The position numbers and the translations under genes were made by a program. Shown here one piece after another: positions 27,558 to 35,954 of a DNA stretch of 47,330 nucleotides (within the stretch, counting starts at the first letter, position 1; the number at the start of each line of letters is the position of its first letter). The stretch is taken from positions 1 through 47,330 of the forward strand of contig DAOQRN010000004.1 of assembly GCA_035355675.1 (NCBI GenBank). The letters run 5' to 3'. The notes below the pieces were generated by a model. It was not told the origin of the DNA, did no database searches, and saw only the letters and a program-made list of their open reading frames with translations. Source of the stretch: an archaeon. Its GTDB lineage: Archaea; Iainarchaeota; Iainarchaeia; Iainarchaeales; JAAZKV01.

Positions 27558-27728
27558 TTACATCATCATTTGTAAAACAATCATTCCTACAACAATAACT
27601 ATTACTGCAGCCATTACAAAGTATGGGTTTAGTTGTGGACTTTTTGTATTCGCATCAAAAAATCGCATTATTCCGATTGCAGAACTTGGTCCACTTTCAG
27701 TTGACTTATTTTTAACAAATTTAACCAT
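27558..27728 (-). CDS. Preprotein translocase subunit Sec61-beta (archaeal SecG)
   Basis: GPSSAIGIMRFFD followed by a single C-terminal TM helix is the Sec61-beta signature. AGGTGA SD about 8 nt upstream of the ATG at 27728. Confidence 0.7.
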   Translation of the reverse strand: MVKFVKNKSTESGPSSAIGIMRFFDANTKSPQLNPYFVMAAVIVIVVGMIVLQMMM

Positions 27729-27828
27729 TTTTTCTTCACCTATCAACTTTTATATATCTTAATAATTAACATTATATAATAGTTGATTTAAGGATGATTT
27801 AAAAAAGTAGTGTTTTTGGTTGATTTTT

Positions 27829-28758
27829 ATGGATACTCAGCAAATGGACATTATTTTCAAGTTTCTTGGAGTAGTGGTTCTAATTTTAGTTATTCTTTTT
27901 GTAGCAACTTGGGGGGGACTTGTTAAGTGTGGAAGTATTCCTTATTTTTGTGATATTTATGATTATGTTCTTGGTTCACCAAGAGTAGCAATTGTTTTTG
28001 GGGATAGTGGGCTTGGAGATCCAGAAAAACTAAGAGAGGTTCTTTTAAGTCCTGATAATGTTAACGCAAAAGCCGTTGATTTAATTCACATTGATAGGGT
28101 TTCTTTAGGGAATTTAAAAACTTATGAACTTGTTATTGTTGAAAAAGCAAGATTGTTATCTTATGATCAACTTGAAATGTTCAAAATGTATGTAGAATCG
28201 GGGGGTAGATTAATTTGGGTAGGGGACTCTGGAGTGGAAACAATAGAGGAAGAGAAAAAAAATTATTCTGATGTAAATGAATTAAAAACAATGATGACTA
28301 ATCCTTGGGTTAGAGTTAAAGAAACAGATATTGATTTTAAGATTCTTTCTTTTGATGAATTTTTAGGTTTAAAATATTTTAATAATTATTGTGATGAAGT
28401 AACTTGCAAATCTAATTTATTTACTGTGGGTACTATAAAAACTGAGCCTACTGGAAATCATACTTTGATTTATGGTTTGAGTCCAGCTCTTCCTTTAAAA
28501 ATTTCTGATGAAAAAGACTTTTCAATAGTTAAACAATTTCCAAATTCATCTAATAGTAATATAGTATTGACTTTAGATTTTTTAGGAAATATTTCTGGCG
28601 AATCTGGAAATATTGGGAAAACTGTTCCTCTAATTGTAACTTCTGGAGTTGGAGAAAAAGTAGCGTATTATGCTTATCCACTAGAATATTTTATTGAAGA
28701 TAATAATTACCACAATTTAGCAAAAAGAATGTATTATGGTATGCTTGGCAGAGATTAA
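27829..28758 (+). CDS. Membrane-anchored extracytoplasmic protein (paralog of 29016-29864)
   Basis: N-terminal TM helix. The flavodoxin/GATase1-like strand pattern (VAIVFGD, YELVIVE, GGRLIWVGDSG) is shared with the next gene. Confidence 0.4.
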   Translation: MDTQQMDIIFKFLGVVVLILVILFVATWGGLVKCGSIPYFCDIYDYVLGSPRVAIVFGDSGLGDPEKLREVLLSPDNVNAKAVDLIHIDRVSLGNLKTYELVIVEKARLLSYDQLEMFKMYVESGGRLIWVGDSGVETIEEEKKNYSDVNELKTMMTNPWVRVKETDIDFKILSFDEFLGLKYFNNYCDEVTCKSNLFTVGTIKTEPTGNHTLIYGLSPALPLKISDEKDFSIVKQFPNSSNSNIVLTLDFLGNISGESGNIGKTVPLIVTSGVGEKVAYYAYPLEYFIEDNNYHNLAKRMYYGMLGRD

Positions 28759-29015
28759 AAAATAATGAATTTTTTTATTTTAAGTTTTTTTTCTATTTTT
28801 TTGTATTAAATTGTTTTAATTTAGTTAAATTATTTTTTAAAAATATTTTTTTAATAAAAAAGCATTTTTTGTATTAAAAAGGTTTATTAACTACAAAAGT
28901 ATATTTGTTTGAGTTATTTTGTTTTTTGGACTTAAACGAAATGATTAAAAACTCCGGAAAACAAGATTTTATTAACGGATTAATCCGGTAAAGTTAAAAA
29001 AGAGGGTGAAATTTG

Positions 29016-29864
29016 ATGTATCCAGATGATGGTGGAGCTGAATCTGCAGCACCTTTGGGTGGAGCAGTTAGGCGATTTAATTTAGAAGGACTAATACCAT
29101 TGGTATTATTAGTAATCATAGGTATTGCTTCTTTGAATTATTTTGGAGTAATAGATGTTCCTTTTTTACCAAAAGGAAGTTCTCATATGCAAGTGCTTGT
29201 AATTGGAGCACCAAGTGCAGGAGAAAAAGTAGTTTTAGATAATTTAGCGTATATGTTAAATTATAGAGTAAGAGAAGCATCAACTTTTGGTAATGCTGCT
29301 TCTGAAGAACTTCATCAATATGATATAGTTATTTTAGATCAAAGTGAGATGGATAAAAGTGTCTCAGTTGCTTTAGGTGAAGCAATTCAAAATTATGTAA
29401 ATAAAGGCGGAAAACTAATTGTTGTATTAAATTCAGGAATCTATCAAAATGTTGGATTAATGGGTCTTGTTTCAACTGATGTTATTGGTTGGAAAGCAAC
29501 ATTTGGTAATATAATGCCTCAAGATTGTGTTCTTGGTTCTGACATGGTGCCAACTTGTCATGAAAGTAGAGCATTAACAGCGGTTGGAAGAATTTATAGA
29601 CAAGATTACGACCACCCAATAATGGCAGGAATTGAATTAACTCCTCCAGCTGGAGAAAGACCATATTCAATGAAAACTTTCGCAATCCAAGCTGATGAAG
29701 GAGCAAAAACAATTGCTTATATAAAAGCAGAAAACACTCCAAAAACATACCCTGCAATTTTAGAAAAGAAAAGATTCCCACTAGGAGGGACCGTAATTTA
29801 TTTTAATTACGATGCAGGAAAAACACCAGGTGTTTTAACAAATACAATCAAATACTTGAAGTAA
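29016..29864 (+). CDS. Membrane-anchored extracytoplasmic protein (paralog of 27829-28758)
   Basis: GAGGGTGA SD upstream of the ATG at 29016. TM helix, then VLVIGAP, YDIVILDQ and GGKLIVVLNSG. Confidence 0.4.
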   Translation: MYPDDGGAESAAPLGGAVRRFNLEGLIPLVLLVIIGIASLNYFGVIDVPFLPKGSSHMQVLVIGAPSAGEKVVLDNLAYMLNYRVREASTFGNAASEELHQYDIVILDQSEMDKSVSVALGEAIQNYVNKGGKLIVVLNSGIYQNVGLMGLVSTDVIGWKATFGNIMPQDCVLGSDMVPTCHESRALTAVGRIYRQDYDHPIMAGIELTPPAGERPYSMKTFAIQADEGAKTIAYIKAENTPKTYPAILEKKRFPLGGTVIYFNYDAGKTPGVLTNTIKYLK

Positions 29865-29876
29865 AATTTAAGTAAA

Positions 29877-29912
29877 AGCAAAGGATAATCTCCTTTGCTT
29901 CCCTCTTTTTTT
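29877..29912 (+). terminator. Hairpin plus T-run
   Basis: 9-bp inverted repeat agcaaagga (29877-29885) / tcctttgct (29891-29899), followed by ttttttt. Confidence 0.5.
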
Positions 29913-30040
29913 AATTTTTTTATTTTATATTTTTTTAGTTATTCACTAAAGTGATATATTATTTTTCATTTTTTTTCAAAAAATTGGGTTTTTAAAGTTT
30001 TTTAGGTTTGATTTAGTAAATAATTTCGGAGGAATTCAAT

Positions 30041-30388
30041 ATGGCAGAAAAGAAAGAAACAAAAGAAATCAAAGAATCAAAAGCAGCAAAAAGTGAGGCA
30101 CCAAAAGCAGCACCAGAAGCACTACAAGGAAACTATGTTTTCATTGGAAAAAAAGGAGCAATGGCTTATGTTTTAGCAGTTGTTACTCAATTTGGTACTG
30201 GAGCAAAAGAAGTAATTGTTAAAGCTAGAGGAAAATCTATTTCTCACGCCGTTGACGTTGCTGAAATCGTTAAAAACAAGTCTCCTGAAGTTTCAATAAA
30301 ATCAATAACTACTTCAACAGAAGAAGTTGTAACAATGGATGGAAGACCATTAAAAGTATCAGCAATAGAAATCGTTCTAAAAAAATAA
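30041..30388 (+). CDS. albA: Alba (Sac10b-family DNA/RNA-binding protein) with K/E/A-rich N-terminal extension
   Basis: [54 protein letters not shown] upstream. Confidence 0.9.
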   Translation: MAEKKETKEIKESKAAKSEAPKAAPEALQGNYVFIGKKGAMAYVLAVVTQFGTGAKEVIVKARGKSISHAVDVAEIVKNKSPEVSIKSITTSTEEVVTMDGRPLKVSAIEIVLKK

Positions 30389-30413
30389 ATCAAAGAACAA
30401 GTGAATTTTAAAG

Positions 30414-30449
30414 CAAGAGAGAAAATATTCTCTCTTGACTAATTTTTTT
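30414..30449 (+). terminator. Hairpin plus T-run between convergent Alba and RuBisCO genes
   Basis: 10-bp perfect stem caagagagaa / ttctctcttg with a 4-nt loop (30414-30437), then ttttttt. Confidence 0.6.
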
Positions 30450-30512
30450 ATAATATTATTTTTTTGTGTTTAATTTTACTTAATGTTTTTTTATGATCGT
30501 ATCTAATTTTTT

Positions 30513-32066
30513 TTAACTTTTTTCAGTACTTTGAGCTTCTTTTATTTCGTTTTTCTTTTTTGAAAAGAACTCTATTGCTTCTTTTAGTTCTTTGTGTGTT
30601 TTTGCATACACTTCAATTGGTATTTTTTTCTGATATGCTTCACATGATTGTACAAGTGCACGTGCTCCGCTTTGTGTTCCTTTTGGGTGAGCGTGACACC
30701 CTGCTCCCATTGTTGTAATAAAATCAATGCTTCCCATTACATCAATGAATGGTTTTAGTAGTGTTGGGTTTAGTCCTCCTGAAATTATTGGGCAACATTT
30801 TTTCATTCCTCTCCAATCATCATCTTCAAGGACTAAATGTTGTGCAAGGTCTGTGTGCACCATTTTGATTGCGTCTTTGTCGTGTTCTGGTATTTTTGAC
30901 CAACTTTGTTCAAAGAAGTGTCCTTTTCCTTTTACTCTTAAAATATTTAGTGCTGCAGTTACATCATCTTCTGGTGAACCACTCATTTTTCCTACTCCTG
31001 CAGTTCCTGTGTGTACTCCGCTTGCTCCTGCAAGTCTAGCAAATTTTGATAACACAAGGACTGAGTATCCTATTGGGTTTTCTTTTCTTGTGAATGCTCC
31101 GTGTCCTGCTCTATGGAAGTGGATAAATACATCAGGGTATTTTCTTCTTAGTGTTTGTACAGCCATCCATCCTGCAGTCATTCCATCAATTAAGAATGCA
31201 TAACTTCCTTTTTCAAATCCTGCTGCTCTTATCATTTCGCATCTTGCAATCATTGTGTCATAATCTGCTGCAGAAACATTGAATGAGTGCACCTTTTTTT
31301 TGCCAGTTTCTTTTACTGCTTTATCCATTGCTTTTTTTACATGGTCCACCATTTTATCATATGGGCAAAAATCTTGGTTTGCTTGTGGTTCATCGTTTTT
31401 AACAAAATCTCCTCCGCCTACCCAAAAATCATAACAAACTTCTGCATACTCTGCACTTGTGAGTCCCATTTTTGGTTTTATTATTGTTCCAAGGATGGGT
31501 CGGCCGTATACTCCCAAATATTTTCTCATATCATCGAGTGTGTAACTTGGTCCGTCGTATTGTTCTAGCATTGCTGGTGGGAACCAAACATCAAGTAATT
31601 TTAGTGCACTTACTTCTTTCATTCCTAAAACATTTCCAACAACGTAAGTTAAAATGTTTTGAACATTTCCTACTCTATCAAATAATCTTGTAGGGTAAGC
31701 AATCCACACAAGGTTTTTTTCTGTATCAACTTTGTAAACAAGTGAATTCATTTCTCTTGAGAAAGGTGTTTCTGTTAGTACAGAAAAATTTGTCCCGGTT
31801 GAAGATTCAGCACTCACTTCAGCACTCGCTTGTAGAATGTTTAAATTTTTTCCAGGAATTAAATGAAATACACAAAGCATGTATTCTCCATTTCTTGGAT
31901 CTTTTAAATCTAAATTAACATAAGCTGCTTGGTGAGAATTAAGAGTGGGCAAAAATTTTCTTACTTTATCATTACTTAATTTATTTATTTTAGTTTCTTT
32001 AGTATTGGAATTTTTTTTACTAACATTTTTTGATTTAATTTTCACACTTTTCTTTCCTTTAACCAT
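30513..32066 (-). CDS. rbcL: RuBisCO large subunit, form II/III-like
   Basis: Near-colinear with form II motifs: YVNLDL, ESSTGTN, GTIIKPKMGL, GGGDFVKNDEPQ (KxDE metal/carbamate site), HFHRAGHGA, PIISGG, MGAGCHAHP. The ATG at 32066 is preceded by GGTGGTGG; the track ORF starts at TTG 32081. Confidence 0.95.
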   Translation of the reverse strand: MVKGKKSVKIKSKNVSKKNSNTKETKINKLSNDKVRKFLPTLNSHQAAYVNLDLKDPRNGEYMLCVFHLIPGKNLNILQASAEVSAESSTGTNFSVLTETPFSREMNSLVYKVDTEKNLVWIAYPTRLFDRVGNVQNILTYVVGNVLGMKEVSALKLLDVWFPPAMLEQYDGPSYTLDDMRKYLGVYGRPILGTIIKPKMGLTSAEYAEVCYDFWVGGGDFVKNDEPQANQDFCPYDKMVDHVKKAMDKAVKETGKKKVHSFNVSAADYDTMIARCEMIRAAGFEKGSYAFLIDGMTAGWMAVQTLRRKYPDVFIHFHRAGHGAFTRKENPIGYSVLVLSKFARLAGASGVHTGTAGVGKMSGSPEDDVTAALNILRVKGKGHFFEQSWSKIPEHDKDAIKMVHTDLAQHLVLEDDDWRGMKKCCPIISGGLNPTLLKPFIDVMGSIDFITTMGAGCHAHPKGTQSGARALVQSCEAYQKKIPIEVYAKTHKELKEAIEFFSKKKNEIKEAQSTEKS

Positions 32067-32216
32067 TTTTTCCACCACCAAACAAAAACACTTAACTTCT
32101 AAACTTAGTACTCTTTTTTTCTATATAAACCTATCTTGGGGATCGTATTTTTTTTAATTTTTTTCTTTAATAACATTTATTAATTTCGTAATTCAAGAAT
32201 TAGTTATTGATTAAAT

Positions 32217-32504
32217 ATGGTTTTACAAAAAGGTCATTCTGCAGGATTTAGGTTACAAGCTCGTCAATCTCTTGGAATAGGTGGTAAAGAAAAATTATCA
32301 AAAGGTGAAAGTATTGCTATAAGAAAAAAAATGCTCGAACTTGCAAGAGCAGCAGAGATTAGAGAAATTGAAAAATTAAAAAAAAATAATTTTTTAGTAA
32401 ATAGGGTTAGTGAAAAAGGAGCAATGCAAAAAAAGCAACTTTGGGAAAAAGAAGTAAATCCTCAAAAAGAAAAAAATCAAAAAAAATTGCAAGAGCAAAA
32501 ATAA
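32217..32504 (+). CDS. Hypothetical protein, possibly the 5' part of a frameshifted gene
   Basis: 95-aa ORF with an ATG start. It ends within A-rich homopolymer runs and overlaps the next ORF, which has no ATG. Confidence 0.4.
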   Translation: MVLQKGHSAGFRLQARQSLGIGGKEKLSKGESIAIRKKMLELARAAEIREIEKLKKNNFLVNRVSEKGAMQKKQLWEKEVNPQKEKNQKKLQEQK

Positions 32505-32689
32505 GAGGGGGTTTTGATTTAAGAGTAAGAGAAGTTTATTCTTGGCCTAATGAAAAGTTAAGAGAAGAACTTGGAAGAATTCACAATGAAATTATTCGTG
32601 ATGGAAGTATTTTGACTCCACAAGATAGAGAAATTGTTCATGTTTTGGCTTTCTTTTTTGAACCAAGTGTTCACCAAAAGCAAAATTAA
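32441..32689 (+). CDS. Hypothetical ORF in the -1 frame, possibly the 3' part of the same gene
   Basis: 82-aa ORF that can only start at TTG and has no internal Met. It overlaps the previous ORF by 64 nt across the A7/A8 runs. Confidence 0.3.
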   Translation: MGKRSKSSKRKKSKKIARAKIRGGFDLRVREVYSWPNEKLREELGRIHNEIIRDGSILTPQDREIVHVLAFFFEPSVHQKQN

Positions 32690-32871
32690 AAGCAGCAAAA
32701 ATAATAGTAAAACACATGTTAAAATAAGTTAAATGTTGATTTGGATAAGTAGTTTGATAAGTAAGTTAATTGGGTATAATTAAGTGTTTTTTATGATATT
32801 TTAGTAATTTATTTGGGTTTGGATTTTTAATTTTTTGAAGAAAAGTGGTTTTCTTTTATTAAGTAGTAACC

Positions 32872-32898
32872 TTTATATATGTCATGATACTATCATGA
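32872..32898 (+). promoter_or_regulatory. TATA box plus perfect palindrome (candidate operator) upstream of the wHTH gene
   Basis: TTTATATA at 32872-32879. TCATGATA-c-TATCATGA at 32882-32898 sits between the TATA box and the ATG at 32905 (leaderless spacing). A third TCATGA lies at 32913-32918. Confidence 0.5.
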
Positions 32899-32904
32899 TA
32901 ATAC

Positions 32905-33396
32905 ATGACTGATCATGATTTATCAAGCTATGATTCACAGAAGTTGTTAAATGACCTTAACGCGGTAAAGCGTATTTCTCCGGAATTTAACACTCTCTCA
33001 GAAGATATGCAAGATATCATGAAAGAGTCAAGTAATCCAGCATTTTTAGCAGCTTTACTTTATAAATTAACAAAAGAACGAGAAGAAACAAACCTTATCC
33101 TAAAACGACTTGAAGAAAAATTTGCTAAAATTCAAGAATTATTAAAAAATCAATCTAATACATCCTCTAACCCCAACACAGAGGATAACATTTTGTCAGA
33201 ACCAGACCAACACATAATGCAATTAATAACAACAGTTGGAATGGTTTCTGCACAAGATGTTCAATCACGGTTATCCTATAAGAACTCAAACGCTGCTTCG
33301 CAACGTTTGAATAATTTAGTGAGAAGAGGTCACTTGAAGAGAATACGTTCAGGAAAAAAAGTAATGTTCATGCCCCAACACCCAAACAAAGCATGA
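32905..33396 (+). CDS. Winged-helix DNA-binding protein
   Basis: The C-terminal 60 aa (HIMQLITTVGMVSAQDVQSRLSYKNSNAASQRLNNLVRRGHLKRI) look MarR/TrmB-like wHTH. The N-terminal half is helical. Confidence 0.55.
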   Translation: MTDHDLSSYDSQKLLNDLNAVKRISPEFNTLSEDMQDIMKESSNPAFLAALLYKLTKEREETNLILKRLEEKFAKIQELLKNQSNTSSNPNTEDNILSEPDQHIMQLITTVGMVSAQDVQSRLSYKNSNAASQRLNNLVRRGHLKRIRSGKKVMFMPQHPNKA

Positions 33397-33457
33397 GTAG
33401 TATGATTTGCCTGCGATCTAATTTTTCTAAAAAGTGACCTCTCCTCCTTTGCCAGAA

Positions 33458-33553
33458 CCCTTTTTGTTGCTACAAAAAGCGTTCACGGAAAAATGCCTTC
33501 AGCATGAGCCCTTTTTGTTGTTACAAAAAGCGTTCACGGAAAAATGCCTTCGG
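33458..33553 (+). repeat. 51-bp-period tandem duplication (2 copies) of a hairpin-containing module
   Basis: ccctttttgttgYtacaaaaagcgttcacggaaaaatgccttcRg at 33458 and 33509, with 2 mismatches over 45 nt. Each copy contains the hairpin ctttttgt/acaaaaag. Confidence 0.85.
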
Positions 33554-33650
33554 TAGGATGGTGCGACCAAGTACCCTTGGGGTACGGGTCCAGCAAAGTT
33601 TTACTTTGCTTGGAAGCAGTATCTTCGTTCTTCGAACTCGATACAGCGAA
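33509..33650 (+). ncRNA. Candidate structured RNA, copy 1 (unclassified; paralog of 39301-39500)
   Basis: A GC-rich island in an AT-rich intergenic region. Ordered hairpins: 33511-33530, gtaccc/gggtac 33571-33585, gcaaagt/actttgc 33593-33609, gtatc/gatac 33619-33644. Shared linkers with copy 2: gccttcgg, gggtcc, ttgga, agcagt, acagcgaa. Strand inferred only. Confidence 0.45.
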
Positions 33651-33801
33651 TAAATTTACACAAAAAAGAAAGGATTATTTTGTAAATAGTGATATAGTGC
33701 ATACCTTTGCTTACACAAAAGTGTTGGTTATTTTTTAATGATTTTTTCTTGAAAATATTTTCTAAACAAACTTTTTTATATTCGGTTTGAGTAAATCCAT
33801 T

Positions 33802-34371
33802 ATGCAATATAATTTTATTACAAAAGTTTTTTTTCTTTTAATAATTTTTTTATTTTTATTAAATTTTTCTTTTGCTGATGAGTCTTGTGTTACTTGTTCT
33901 TCTTTATCTTCAATAATTAAGGTTTCTGATTTTACTTCAAGTGTTGTTGATGGAAAAATTGTTTTAGATTTTAATGTTCTTTGTGATAAGAATTCTTTAT
34001 GGGTTGATAAAAATATTAGTATTTATTCGGTTGTAGTGAAAAAAAATGATTCCTTAATCAGTTCAACTTTTTCTCCAATTTTAAATTGTGGTAAAATTAA
34101 TTATGAAAGAAAAATAACAATTAATGAGTGCGAAAAAGCAAATTATTCTGTTTCATTTGTTTATGGGATTAATGAACCAAATTGTAGTATTGCAAATAAT
34201 TGTCAAGGGTTAGTTAAGTTTTACTCCTCACAAAGTTGTGATCCAAATTATGTAAATAATCCTAATGCTGATCAAATAAATATTCCTGATAATAATTTTG
34301 TTTCATTAATTTTTGTATTTATTTTAGTTTTGTTTATTGTATTAAAAAATAAAAATTTTAATAAAAACTAA
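33802..34371 (+). CDS. Secreted Cys-rich protein with C-terminal TM anchor
   Basis: The ATG at 33802 (TATA-like tttttatatt about 20 nt upstream) gives the signal peptide MQYNFITKVFFLLIIFLFLLNFSFA. There are 11 Cys in the mature part and a C-terminal hydrophobic helix plus a basic tail. Confidence 0.5.
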   Translation: MQYNFITKVFFLLIIFLFLLNFSFADESCVTCSSLSSIIKVSDFTSSVVDGKIVLDFNVLCDKNSLWVDKNISIYSVVVKKNDSLISSTFSPILNCGKINYERKITINECEKANYSVSFVYGINEPNCSIANNCQGLVKFYSSQSCDPNYVNNPNADQINIPDNNFVSLIFVFILVLFIVLKNKNFNKN

Positions 34372-34515
34372 AATAAAAAACAATTGGTTGAATTAATTTA
34401 GAAAATTCAAAATAGAAATAAATTTGAATAAAAAGTGAGCAAAAAACCAAAATAGCAAATAATATATAGTTGGTTTTTCTAATACATTTAATGTTATTTT
34501 AAATAAAGTGTTTTT

Positions 34516-35814
34516 ATGCAACAAGATTTTTCACAAGAACCAGCAGTTCTGGGTAGAGATTTAAAGGATCTTGAAAAGTATGGTTCTCAAGGAACTGCGT
34601 ATTTAGGTAAAGTTGTAATGTCAAGCGGGGAAAGACCAGTATTGGGTAGAAAAGTAATGGTTGATGTTTCTCGTCCTCACTTAATGCTGATTTGTGGAAA
34701 AAGAGGGGGAGGAAAATCCTATACTCTTGCTGTATTAATGGAAGAAATGGCAAGGCTAGATTCTTCAATTAAATCAAGAATTTCTACAATCACAATTGAT
34801 ACTGTTGGGATTTTTTGGGGACTAAAATTGCCTGCAGCAAATGCTGATAATGTTGAACTAAGTGCTTGGGACTTAAAAGCTGAAAAAACAAATGTACAAG
34901 TTCTTGTTCCAAGAGGACAACTTGCGTTTTATCAAGAAAAAGGGTTACCAATTGATGGAGCTTTTACTTTAAAGTGTTCAGAACTTGAAGAAACAGAATG
35001 GATGGCTCTTTTTCACTTAAAGTGGTCAGATCCTGAAGGAATACTTATTTCAAGGATCGTTGCAAAAGTTCGTGAAAAAGTTGGAACATATTATGGGATT
35101 GATGACCTTATTTCTGCAACAAAAGTTGATGAAGAATCAAAACTAGAAGTTCGTCAAGCGGTAATATCACGTTTACAAATGGCTAAGAGTTGGGGGTTAA
35201 TTGAAAAAGAAGGAACAAAAATAGAGCAATTAGCACTTCCAGGAGTAATTACAGTAATTGATGTTTCTTCATATCGTCAAACCGTTGGAGCTGAAGGAAT
35301 AAAAGATATTGTTGTTGCGTTAATTGGTAAAAAAATATTTGAACAGAGAATGCTTTATAGAAAAGAAGAAGAAATGAAATTAATTAATGAAAATAAAAGA
35401 TCAAGTAAAATGCCTCTTGTGTGGTTAATGATTGATGAAGCACACATGTTTATGCCAAAAGATGAAGAAAATATTGCTTTGCCAGTTTTACTTGAATGGG
35501 TGAGAGTAGGTCGTCAACCTGGATTAGGATTAATTCTTGCAACTCAAAGACCTGAAAAAATTCACCCTGATGCAGTATCTCAATGTGATATTTTTATTTC
35601 ACACAGAATGACTTCACAACCAGATATAGCAGCAGTTGGAGCACTAAGACCAACTTACATGAACACTGATCTTGATAAATTATATTCAGAAATGCCAAGA
35701 CAAAAAGGATTCGCTCTTGTAATTGATGATAATACTGAAAAAATTTGGATGATAAAAACTAGACCTCGTTTCTCTTGGGACTCAAGTGTAACAGCAAGCG
35801 CTTTCTTAATTTAA
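34516..35814 (+). CDS. HerA/FtsK-superfamily P-loop ATPase (DUF87-like)
   Basis: Walker A CGKRGGGKSYT (nt 34696-34719), Walker B WLMIDEAHMF, and LILATQRPEKIHPDAVSQCDIFISHRMTS, typical of the HerA/VirB4/FtsK clade. Confidence 0.7.
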   Translation: MQQDFSQEPAVLGRDLKDLEKYGSQGTAYLGKVVMSSGERPVLGRKVMVDVSRPHLMLICGKRGGGKSYTLAVLMEEMARLDSSIKSRISTITIDTVGIFWGLKLPAANADNVELSAWDLKAEKTNVQVLVPRGQLAFYQEKGLPIDGAFTLKCSELEETEWMALFHLKWSDPEGILISRIVAKVREKVGTYYGIDDLISATKVDEESKLEVRQAVISRLQMAKSWGLIEKEGTKIEQLALPGVITVIDVSSYRQTVGAEGIKDIVVALIGKKIFEQRMLYRKEEEMKLINENKRSSKMPLVWLMIDEAHMFMPKDEENIALPVLLEWVRVGRQPGLGLILATQRPEKIHPDAVSQCDIFISHRMTSQPDIAAVGALRPTYMNTDLDKLYSEMPRQKGFALVIDDNTEKIWMIKTRPRFSWDSSVTASAFLI

Positions 35815-35913
35815 AAAAACTAGTTAAAAAAATAATTAAGAAAAAGTAGTAAAAAATATCTTCGAAAAATAAAAAATATTTTTTTTGAGTATTTTAAAAA
35901 ATAAAAAAATAAT

Positions 35914-35950
35914 GTGCACTAAGAAAGGGTGCTAGTAGTGCACTTTTTTT
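35914..35950. terminator. Hairpin flanked by A-run and T-run between convergent genes
   Basis: 8-bp inverted repeat gtgcacta (35914-35921) / tagtgcac (35936-35943). aaaaaaa lies upstream and ttttttt downstream. Confidence 0.5.
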
Positions 35951-35954
35951 AGAA

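Noticed and set aside
30727-31693. Plus-strand ORFs inside the RuBisCO gene (30727-31203, 31287-31568, 31472-31693)
   Set aside because: They are antisense shadows of a high-confidence rbcL reading frame.
33544-33807. Track ORFs 33544-33738 (+) and 33601-33807 (-)
   Set aside because: They overlap each other inside the hairpin-rich GC island, and no SD or TATA sits at the right distance. Their peptide similarity to the 39415 extension (C.EAVSS) merely reflects nucleotide homology of the RNA-like element.
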